The position numbers and the translations under genes were made by a program. 64,000 nucleotides of DNA from Chiloscyllium plagiosum (lineage: Eukaryota): the NCBI RefSeq assembly GCF_004010195.1, contig NC_057718.1, positions 68,310,401 through 68,374,400 on the forward strand, in the 5' to 3' direction. Below, in pieces: positions 1 through 9,629 of this stretch (positions are counted from its first letter, which is position 1; each line of letters opens with the position of its first letter). The notes below the pieces were generated by a model. That model was not told the origin of the DNA and searched no databases. It worked only from the letters and a program-made list of their open reading frames with translations.

Positions 1-123
1 CTCCCAAGCACTGAGGATGTCACCTAGACAGGGGACGAAACGTTTGCAACAAAAACTTCCAGCTCGGCGAACAGAACCACAGCAACGAGCACCCGAGCTA
101 CAAATCTTCTCACAAACTTTGAA
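1..123 (+). mobile_element. Penelope-like element 3' end with hammerhead motif
   Basis: CTGAGGA(11-17)-stem GTCACCT/AGGGGAC-GAAA-CGTT; the tail gagctacaaatcttctc is shared with the element at 12997-13394. Confidence 0.65.
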
Positions 124-329
124 GTTTAATATCATTTGCATGTTTAGAGATTTTGCCCTCCATACCCATCTGTAAATTGTTCATATGAATCAGAAAAAGC
201 AAGGGTCCCTACATTAATCCCTGGGGAATACTACTTTCAATTTGTCTCCAATTTGAGAAATACCCATATTATCACTCCTCTGTTTCCTATCTTTTAGCCA
301 ACTTCTAACCCATACTGCCAAGGACCCAG

Positions 330-1020
330 AAAGCTGCAACAGGAAGGGACTTGGGGAATACTTGTGAAACACAGATAGCTAGCACACAGGCAGGAGGTAA
401 TCAGGAATGCTAATGGAATGTTGGTCCTTATTTCAAGGGAGTTGGAGTATAAGAGTCGGGAAGTCTTATTGCAATGTACAACACGCTGGTGAGACCACGT
501 CTGGAGTACTGTGAACAGTTTTGCCCCTCTTTTTGCAGAAAATATGTCACTTCATTGGAGACAGTTCAGAGAAGGTTCATTAGGATGGGCCTTGGAATGG
601 AGGGATTGTCTTGTGAGCAAAGGCTAAACAGGTTGGAATTCTGTTCTTTGGAAGTTACAAGAATAGGAGGTGATCTCATTGAGATATATAGGATTCTTAA
701 GGTGCTTGAGGGGTAAATACTGAGAGGATGTTTTCCCTCATGGGAAAGTCTAGGACCAGAGGGCATAGTCTCAGAATAAAGGCACACCAATTTAAGACTG
801 AGATGAGGAGGAATTTCTTCTTTCAGAGGGTTGAGAGTCTTTAGAACACTTTGCCACAGACAGCTGTAGCGACAGAATACTTATATATGTTTAAGGCTGA
901 GATAGATTCCTGATCTTTCGAGTCATCATGGATTATGGTGAAAGTGGATGTTGGTTGATTCTATTGAATGGTGGAGCAGGTTCAAGGGGCTGAATGGCAT
1001 ATACCTGAACCTATTTCTTA
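330..1020 (+). mobile_element. CR1-type LINE 3' fragment
   Basis: ORF 474-716 YNTLVRPRLEYCEQF...LETVQRRFIRM...GDLIEIYRIL is the CR1 ORF2 C-terminus, followed by a 3' UTR. Confidence 0.9.
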
Positions 1021-1107
1021 CAATAGCATTGAAATGAACAGCTGCACCATTTCAAGTATGGAGAAGAAATTTCTCAGTGTTGATCTCTGTCTGTTTCCCA
1101 TGCACAG

Positions 1108-1457
1108 ATCCATTGGCTGATCCAATCCTCATTCGGTATCCAGTGGTCAGCAAGGTTGCAGAGGGTGAAACTGTTGAGTTCCAGTGTGCCATGTACAATG
1201 CTAATGTGATTGACAGTGATGTGCACTGGTACTACCAGCAACAGGGAGTGGTTGATGAACCAGTTTGTGGATGGTACCCTCACCAGGGCCCAGGGTTTTG
1301 ACTATCATGTTCAGCTTTCCAGGAATGTCAGCAGGAACGCTTATAGCCTGAGCCTTGTGAATGCAACTTTCAATGATACTGCTGTGTACCGCTGCTGTGT
1401 ACTACTGTAGTGTGTGGAGCTCCATCTTTGGAACAGGGAACCAGCTCAATGTAACTG
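1108..1457 (+). pseudogene. Germline-joined VJ-type Ig V-set exon with two frameshifts
   Basis: Acceptor tgcacag|AT at 1107/1108 and donor ACTG|gtgagt at 1457/1458 (phase 1/1). Pieces: DPLADPILIRYPVVSKVAEGETVEFQC(1185)AMYNANVIDSDVHW(1227)YYQQ / SNREWLMNQFVDGTLTRAQGFDYHVQLSRNVSRNAYSLSLVNATFNDTAVY / YC(1406)SVWSSIFGTG(1427-1438)NQLNVT. Confidence 0.9.
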
Positions 1458-2234
1458 GTGAGTCGATGAGAGGTAACCCAAGGTCCTTGACCCAGCGACA
1501 CACCTCCAAGTCAGGTCGATGAGTGGCCCAGAGGAGAAGCCAGAGGTGGCAGTGCACCCGTTGCCCCTATCCCTCCAGATGCAAGCAGCTGCGGGCCTGG
1601 AAGGTGCCACCCGGCGAGGGTCAGCGTATCCTACAGATGGCACCGAGTGTTGGCAATGGAGGGAGTGGATGTCTGGGTGGTGGGTGGGATCACGAAGAAG
1701 CAAGCTGCCATATTGTGAATGGTGGAAGCCGCCTGCATGATATTTGAACCCCACTAATTTAAATAACTTGACAGTTTTCCATTACAAATCCAACCCAAGC
1801 CCCGCAGACGGCAGACAGACCTTGAGGAGCAAGGAGACGAGCCTCTGACCCGCTCCCATAGCCACTGCATTGATGCCAAATTATTCTTCAGCCCTGTTAA
1901 AAGAAGTCATTTCAGACTTGAAATGTAACTCTGATTCTCTCTGATGCTGCCAGACCAGCTGTATTTCTCCAGAACTTTCAATTTTACTTCTGATTTCCAA
2001 TATCCACAGTATTTTGCTTCTCCCTGAATGAATGAGCCCGCTTTGAGACATTGAAATGTTCATTGTCTCAGCTATAGGACAATGCAGGATCTATGCTCGA
2101 GAAGGGGGCTAACATAACACTGAATTGGTTGAATGCTTTGGGTACAGGCTGTTTTGAAATGTGAATTGGAAAACATCTGACTGGGAGCAAACATGTTGTG
2201 TGGACACCTCAGGAGGCAGCTGTGAGAACTGAGC

Positions 2235-2356
2235 ATCAGGAATGAAGGGCTTATGCCCGAAATGTCGATTCTCCGGCTCCTGCCTGACATGCTGGGCTTT
2301 TGCAGTGCCACACTTTTCCACCTGATCTGCAGCATCTGCAGTCCTCACTTTCTCCT
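2235..2356 (+). mobile_element. Penelope-derived terminal fragment
   Basis: gaagggcttatgcccgaaatgtcgattctcc...cagcatctgcagtcctcactttctcc; same family as 22595-22726 and 51720-51825. Confidence 0.7.
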
Positions 2357-2679
2357 GTGAGGACAGCTCCAGGCATCCAGCTGCGTGAACTGTGAATGTG
2401 AATTCTGTTTTTCTCTCCACCAGCACTGCCAGACGTCTTGAGTTCCTCCATCATTCCTTGTTTATATCTCTCATTCTTTTAGGTTTTTGATGATTCAGGA
2501 GGAGATAGCCCCACCTTAGGGAAGCCATGGTCAAAGAGTTTATGTTTACTCTTTGGAATGTTCATTGACTTTCAAAATGTTTCTTGTGATTCTTCCTCTG
2601 ATAAATACAATCTGAGTCCAATTGCAGGTTAATTTGCAAAGAAGGTAATGTGACTTATGGGAGCCATTTTGTAAGATTA

Positions 2680-2985
2680 CAGCAGCACCGCTGCCTCACA
2701 CAGCAAGGGATTCAAGTTCAGCTCCAGCCTCAGGCAACTGTCCATGTGGAGTTCGCGTGTCTGCATGGGACTCTCCCAGGTGCTTCGGTTTCCTCCACAA
2801 TCCAAAGATGTGCAGGTTAGGTGAATTGGCCGTGCTAAATTACCCCATAGTCTCCAGGAATGTGCAGACCAGATGGATTAGACATGGTAAATTAAGGGTT
2901 CCAGGAATAGGGTGGGTGGCTCTGGCTGGGGGTTTGATAGGCCAAATGCCCTTTATCTGCACTGTAGGGATTCTGTGAATCTATG
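2680..2985 (+). mobile_element. HE1-type tRNA-derived SINE (degenerate)
   Basis: gcaccgctgcctcacacagc...ccggtttcctccacaatccaaagatgtgcaggttagg-like core shared with other copies in the window. Confidence 0.8.
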
Positions 2986-3016
2986 ATACTATGTTATTTA
3001 CATTCCTCTCTTAAAG

Positions 3017-3125
3017 ATGCAAATGCCCCAGAATGCCTCCAGTCTCCGATCCTAGAACGTGTCACCAAAGGTCACACTGCCCTATTACAGTGCATCATGA
3101 GGAATGGTGCAGTGAAGTGACACCA
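3017..3125 (+). pseudogene. 5' part of a second Ig V-domain exon, truncated
   Basis: Acceptor cctctcttaaag|AT (phase 1). Translates DANAPECLQSPILERVTKGHTALLQC(3091)IMRNGAVK*, aligning with the first exon (QSP/RYP, VTKGHTALLQC/VAEGETVEFQC, MRNGAV/MYNANV). Stop at 3118-3120, then unrelated sequence. Confidence 0.75.
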
Positions 3126-4056
3126 GCATGGCTGAAAGAGATGTTGCCAAAACATTTTGTCTTACCTTTCAGAATGTCAAAATGTTAAGGGACAACAATT
3201 TGTACTGCTTGAGAAAAGGGTGCTCATTGGCTGTCAAATGGACTCTGGTTAGGATATTGCCATAGGGAATGCCTCAGGGAACTATTGTCCCAAATTCTTT
3301 AGCTTAATTCGAAAAGCTCAATGCCTGGACATGTTGCTTTACTCCGCAGAGGACATGTCTCTGAGTTTAAATATATGTTGCTATATTGTAAACCTGATTG
3401 ATTGATCTTAAAGAGCTTGTCAGTCTAATTCTTTGTACACTTGTAGTTGTTCTGTAAGTGCTGTCCAGTTGTGGAATTAGATCTAATATTAGGCATTATG
3501 TCTAAGCAAAAGATAAAATTACTTCAGCAGTGATCAATGATCAAATCCCAGGAATGGTCGGAGCAACTTACTGCAGATGATGGAATCTATACTGAATATT
3601 TTATAAATGCTGGAGATCACAGTGGGTAAGGCAGCTTCTATGGAGCAAAAGCAAGCTAATGTTTTGAGTGTGGATGACTCTTCATCAGAGCCAGAATGGT
3701 TAGTTAATAATAGATTCTTCAGATACAACGCTCAGTGTCATTTTGCAATGATTTGCCCAAACCAAAAAATCAGGTCCCACAAATAACACATGGTAAAGAT
3801 TAGTGATGAATCTGAACAAATTATATTGGTCACCATCAACTTTAGTCCTGTGGAGCACGTACTAGCTCAGGAATTCTTCAAATATGCAGTATTGATTGGT
3901 TGTGTTCCAACTGCATGGTGCGGATTAGTTAAAATGTTATCTTGATTCACAAAGGAGGAAAAATAGGCACAAGGTTAAGAAATACAAAAATATTATTTGC
4001 TTTAGATTTGGTGCTGATAATATATTTAGGTCACTAAAGTTAGTCATATTTCTACA

Positions 4057-4872
4057 TGTTATGGACATGCATTATTATTATTTCTTGCAAGATTTAGATT
4101 TTGAAGGATTGCAGAAAAAGGAATTTATTTTAAGTATTGTGGACATACCTAAACTGGTTTCTTTGACTGTGTATATTGGACATTTTTATTTAATAAAGCT
4201 TCTTAGAAATCACACAATTGGTTTAGCTGTATACTTAGTTATTGATCTGTCTGGGAATGTTTGGAACAGGATCTGATTTGGGGAGATTCTTTATCTGGTT
4301 AAATAGGAGGAAAGCCTGCTAAGGACCGGCAGCGTTGGAGAGAAGCTTGCTATGCACTAACTGCCAAGCTAATCTTTCCCATTTCTGTAAAATAAACCCT
4401 TCACTTGCAAGTAATTGAAGGAGCAAGTTGTGTCTCCGGACTTCAGAGACAACTGTGCATGATTACTAATTTGACGACACATATCAAAACATCAGATTGA
4501 CAAAATCCAGAACATCCCACACTTCATGTTTTTGCCTTCAAGAACAATTATTAGCAATTTTTATTTGCTTCAAATAGCAAATATTTGCAGATAAATTTGT
4601 TTTTCCTCTTTTTCTGAAGAGTGTGTGCTTGCAAATGTATTTTGGGATAAATGTTTATACTTCTATATTATTAACTGTATATGTTAACCAATTATTCCAA
4701 CTTTATTGATTACGTTTTTTGCTTTGATAGTAAACCCTCATTTTTTTTTTTGTGCTGAGCAACCTGATAAATACTTTTGTTTAAAGACTTAAAAGTAAGG
4801 TATTTAATTGATCATCTTGGTATCTGGAAAAGATAGTTTTGTTTATTGTTGTGTCCCACCTCAGTCGTGACA
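4057..4872. mobile_element. Candidate solo LTR (Gypsy-like)
   Basis: TG...CA termini with imperfect inverted ends (tgttatg...cgtgaca). Flanks taca / tatg can be read as a 4-bp TACG TSD after CpG decay. No coding content. Confidence 0.45.
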
Positions 4873-5381
4873 TATGAAATGGTTGAATTGAGTGAGCCAT
4901 TTTATAAACATTATTAAATACTAATGTAGTCTTTAGGGAGATACTTTAGTTGTTGAGTAAAACCTCCACAAAAAGTGCACAAATTAAACTTGAATGAAGC
5001 GTGAAAAGGCAACTATTTTGAAAAGTCAGTTGAAGCGCAGTTTATCCAGTAGAATATCTTAGTTAACAAAACCCGGTAATTCTCATAGAGTTTTAGGCAA
5101 ATTTTAATGACATCAGGTGATAAGAATGTGAGGGAAAAGTATTGGTTTATCGTTATAAAGACAAATTGCTCATCTTACCTATAAGCTTCAGTAATCTTCA
5201 CAGTCAGGAAGAAGAGGTTACAGCCTGAGTGAGTATACAGCCTGGGAAAGTTAGAGGCAATGTGGGAATAAAATTGGTAAATATTTCTTTTCTTTCTCTA
5301 TTTTAAAAGTTTAAAATTCAATAGTATAGTGAAAGATTAATAAGGTAGCAGACTGAGAAATAGTTATCAATCAATCACCTG

Positions 5382-5582
5382 AAGTTTAGTGATTGTGCAC
5401 TTTCAACAGGCTCTCTCTTAAATAGAGCAGAGATGAATCACACCAGTTGAGGTTCAATGGTAATTAACATTTATTAAGCATAGGACACTTAATGAATGTT
5501 AATTACCATTGAATCTTAATTTATGAGTTCATCTCAGCTCTATTAAGAGAGAGCCTGTTGAAAGTGCACAATCACTAAACTT
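5382..5582. repeat. ~200-bp imperfect fold-back palindrome
   Basis: aagtttagtgattgtgcactttcaacaggctctctctt... at 5382 is the reverse complement of ...aagagagagcctgttgaaagtgcacaatcactaaactt ending at 5582; the inner arms ttcaatggtaattaacatt / aatgttaattaccattgaa also pair. Confidence 0.9.
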
Positions 5583-5899
5583 TGCATGGTCCTGGAAGGC
5601 AAGATCACATCCAGAGTGAGACAGAGCCTGAATGTCTATATAATTTGGGGCATTTGGAGGCATCATTGTAAGACAGTGCAGAGGGGATATAGTTTGTAAG
5701 GTGATCTTAACAGCCCAGGATAAGAGGTCCAACACAAAAGAGTAAATTCACTGGAAAACCATGAGTTCATTGGTGATAACTACTAATTTGACTATTCAGT
5801 ATAGGTTACTTTCACATTGAACGAAAATAGGGAAATATTTTGAGGCTACAAACTAAATCAAAAGCATTAAATTTTTAAAAATCAGTTAAGAACTAAGCA

Positions 5900-6700
5900 A
5901 ACAAAATGGAAATGTGTTATAACTGTATGATGTGGGAGCTGGTGGATCATGTTATAGTTCACAGTGACCACATCTGTAGCAAGTGTTGGTTGCTTAAGGA
6001 ACTCTGGCTCAGAGTTGATGAGCTGGAGCCAGATTTTCAAACACTGTGATACATCAGGGAGGGGATGGGTTACCTGGATGCTTTCCGGAGGCAGTCATAC
6101 TCCTTAGAGTAACTACTTCAACTTTGTCAGTGGTCTGGGAAAGGAGGGTATGACTACGAAGAAGGCAGGGAGAGGGATCCAAGAAATAAAGTTGAAGGAG
6201 CATCAGCCCCTGAGCTTATCTTACAGGTTTGAGATTCCTGCTCCCTTTGTAGATGAGAGCAGGGGCTGTACGAGGAATGAGCAATCAGACCAGAGAATGG
6301 TGGCATAGGAGAGTCATCCAAGAAAAGGGGAGGAAAGAGAAATTGATGAGATGCCTAGATAGGATTGACAGTCAGAACCTTCTTTCCAGAGAGAAAATGT
6401 CTAATACTAGAGGTGTGCATTTAAGGTGGGCGAGGAAAGTTCAAAGGCAATGTGAGGGGCAAGTTTGTTTTTTACACAAAGAGTGGTAGGTGACTGGAAT
6501 ATGTTGCCTGAGGTGGTGGTGGAGGTAGATGTGATAGGGGCATTTAAGGGGCTTTTAGGTAAGCACATTAACATGCAAGTAATGGAGGGATATGGACCAA
6601 AGGCAGGATGAAGGGAATAGTTTAATTTTGCATTAGATTAGCACAAAATTGTGGGCTGAAGGGTCCATTTCTGTGCTGTACTGTTCTATGTTCTATCTCA
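5900..6700 (+). mobile_element. CR1 fragments (ORF1 N-terminus joined to a 3' end)
   Basis: CYNCMMWELVDH...DHICSKCWLLKELWLRVDELE zinc-finger/leucine-zipper pattern of CR1 ORF1, then a CR1 3' UTR ending in ctgttctatgttctat. Confidence 0.75.
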
Positions 6701-6784
6701 TTAAGGTTACACCAAAGTCACGTGCCTCTGCTAGTCATCTTAATCTTGTCAAAAATCCCAATACGGACTTCCTTGGTTCTTGAA

Positions 6785-8300
6785 TTACCAAGTGAAAACA
6801 ATAGTGCCTAACACCACTTCTTTCTGTACCTCAAAATGTCCTGGCATATTAACATGCTCCACATTAATTTCACTATTCTCCGTGTCCTTCACCTGAGTGA
6901 ATACCGATGCAAAGTACTCATTTAGAATCTCGCCCACATCCTCTACCTCCAAGCACAAGTTCCCTACTTTATCCTTGAGTGTTCCTACCCTCTCCCTGAT
7001 TATCCATTTGTTTTTAGTGTATGTATAGAATACCTTGGCATTCTCCGCAACCCAACTTGTCAAGGTCATTTCAGAGACCTTTCTCGCTCTTCCTGCTTGA
7101 GTTTGTTTCTGCTTTCTTTATATTTCTCATGGGCTCTGTCCAATTTTAGCTTCCTAAACTTTAAATATGCTTCTTTTTTTCCTTTTGACTAAATTCACAA
7201 CCTCCCTTGTTATCCAAACGTCTGTTTCTTTGCCATCCTTGTCCTTCCTCCTTAATGGATCATGCCGGCCCTGATCTCTCACCAGTAGGTCTTTAAATAA
7301 CTCCCACATGTCAAGTGTGGACTTGCCTGTTAACAGCTCCTCCCAATTAACTCTCCCTTGCTCCTCCCTCACATTGACATAATTTGCCTTCCCCAATTGA
7401 GTCCCTTCCTGCAAGTCCCTTCCCAGTCCTTATTCATAACTATCTTAAAACTTAAGGAATTGTGATCACTATTTACAAAATGCTCTCCCACTGACAGGTC
7501 AGTCACTTGGCCAAGCGCATTAGCCAGTACAAGGTCTAGTATGGCCCTTTCTCTCGTTGGACTATCCACAAACTCTTTCAAGAAATCTCCTTGGATGCAC
7601 TAACAAATTCTGTCCCATCTAAGCCTTTTGCTCTCAGGAAGTCCCAGTCAATATTGGGGAAGGTAAAGTCACCTACTATGACAACCCTGTTGTTCTTGTA
7701 TCTTTCCATAATCTGCTTAGATATTTGTTCCTCAATATTTTGGTGATTGTTGGAGGACCGAGAGTACAATCCCAGATGAGCCCTCCAGTATGTCCTTTCA
7801 GAGTGCAGAAGTGACATTCTTCTTGAATAATAATATAATTTCTGCACCTCCTTTACCTCCCTCTCTACATCATCTAAAGGAACAAAACCCTGGAATGTCA
7901 AGCGGCAGTCCTGTCCTCCTCTTAACAAAATATCTGCATGGTCTCATGTACTGATCCAAGCTGGAAGGTCATCTGCCTTACCCATAATACTCATTGCATT
8001 GAAATAAACACACTTTAGCCCATCAGTCCCATTGTGTTCATTTACCTGTCTCTACCAGTTCTTCCTTTCAAACGTACCGGTCCTAACATCTACCTATCCC
8101 TCACTTCCTCCATTTACTGTACTGCTGCTCTGGTTTCCAGACCCTGCCACTCTAGTTTAAACCCTTCTGAGTAGCACTAGTGAACCTCCCTGAGAGGTTC
8201 CTTAGATGCAACCCTCCCTCAAATACAGGTCACCCAGCCCCAGAAAAGGTGCTAATGATCCAAGAACCTGAAACTCTGCTGTATGCATTATCTCATTAGC
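6785..8300 (-). mobile_element. CR1 ORF2 endonuclease region, degenerate
   Basis: ORF pieces VVIVGDFTFPNIDW, PTRERAILDLVL, SDHNSLSFKI, EILNEYFASVFT. Confidence 0.9.
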
Positions 8301-8304
8301 AACA

Positions 8305-9255
8305 GAGATTTTACTACCCTCAAGATCCGAAGCACGGTCTGGTATTGTTTTGTCTCCCTATATGGCTCATAGTTGGCCCAACGGGGAAGAATGCCGAATG
8401 GGGTATGCATCCAGGACAGAGCATAAATACACCCAGAGAGAGAAGGAAGATTTAGCGGTCATATTTAGAGTCAGGAAGTTCCACCAATTCCTTTTACGGA
8501 TGTAAATTTGTTTTAATTATGAACCATAAGCCTTTGCTCGATCTGGTTGAAGAGGACAAGGTGGTGCCATCCATAACTTCAGGCCAAATTCAGCAACCGA
8601 CTGTAATACGAAGTGTGTATAATTAGAAGTTGCAACATGATCCAGTAGACAAGTAACAAATGTAGAGGCATTGAGCTACTCCCTCTGGCAGATACACCAC
8701 CAGTGGTACTGGCACTGGAAAAGTCCACAATGATTTTAAACTTTCTGGGCAACAATCCAGTCATAGCTGACAATATCAGACTTTGGACACAGAAAGATCT
8801 GGTCCTGGCAAAACTGAAACAGCTGATCATGATGCGGGCCATTACAACCAGAATGGAAACCTTTTTGGACCTGGAGAGAAATGCATATTATTATGGGAGC
8901 AAGAGTGATTGCTTGAATGAAAAGTTGCTGCAATATTATGGCTGAGGTCCACCAGGATCATCCAGAGTTTTCCAAAATGAAGATGTTGTAGAGAATTTAT
9001 GTCTGGTGGCCAGGTCTAGATGCAGACTTAGCCACGTTGGTGGCGAAGTGCCCAGAGTGTCCAAAAGGACAAAAGTTACCACCAACAGCTCCCTCACATT
9101 CATGGGATTGGTTGGGTAAACCCCAGGCTTGGTTACACGTTGACTATGCAGGTCCTTTCATGGGCTTAATGTTCTTAGCCATTGTGGATACCCATGTAAA
9201 GTAGCTGGACGCGCATAGAGTTCATTCATCAAACATGGGGATGACAATAGAGGGT
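8305..9255 (+). mobile_element. Gypsy LTR-retrotransposon pol remnant (RNase H + integrase)
   Basis: YASRT..KYTQREKEDLAVIFRVRKFHQ..HKPL (RNase H); HQDHP...VWWPGLDADL..KCPEC (integrase HHCC); WLHVDYAGPFMG (integrase core); RNase H precedes integrase; many stops. Confidence 0.85.
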
Positions 9256-9306
9256 GGAATTGAATAACAGGTTCCCGTTACTGTGAGGCAGCAGTGCTAA
9301 CTATGC

Positions 9307-9624
9307 AGATTAGATTAGATTACATTACATTACATTACAGTGTGAAACAGGCCCTTCGGCCCAACAAGTCCACACCGACCCGCCGAAGCGTAACCCACCC
9401 CTACATTTACCCCTTACCTAACACTACGGGCAATTTAGCACGGCCAATTCACCTAACCTGCACATTTTTGGACTGTGGGAGGAAACCGGAGCACCCGGAG
9501 GAAACCCACGCAGACACGGGGAGAATGTGCAAACTCCACACAGTCAGTCGCCTGAGGCGGGAATTGAACCCGGGTCTCTGGCGCTGTGAGGCAGCAGTGC
9601 TAACCACTGTGCCACCGTGCCGCC
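9307..9624 (-). mobile_element. HE1-type SINE, full-length, young
   Basis: Reverse complement starts ggcggcacggtggcacagtggttagcactgctgcctcacagcgcc (tRNA-like A/B boxes); CpGs intact; short tandem tail; highly similar to 36886-37200. Confidence 0.92.
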
Positions 9625-9629
9625 AGATC

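Noticed and set aside
1400..1440. Possible recombination signal (tagtgtg) ahead of the J-like FGTG segment
   Set aside because: No nonamer at 12 or 23 bp spacing; the bases are simply codons C-S-V-W of a continuous V-J frame.
1446..1754. ORFs 1446-1754, 1519-1740 and 1523-1747 as a constant or transmembrane exon
   Set aside because: No C1 Cys/Trp pattern, no hydrophobic segment, no convincing splice sites.
9307..9624. tRNA gene calls for the A/B-box sequences
   Set aside because: They are heads of multi-copy tRNA-derived SINEs with LINE-like tails, not stand-alone tRNA genes.
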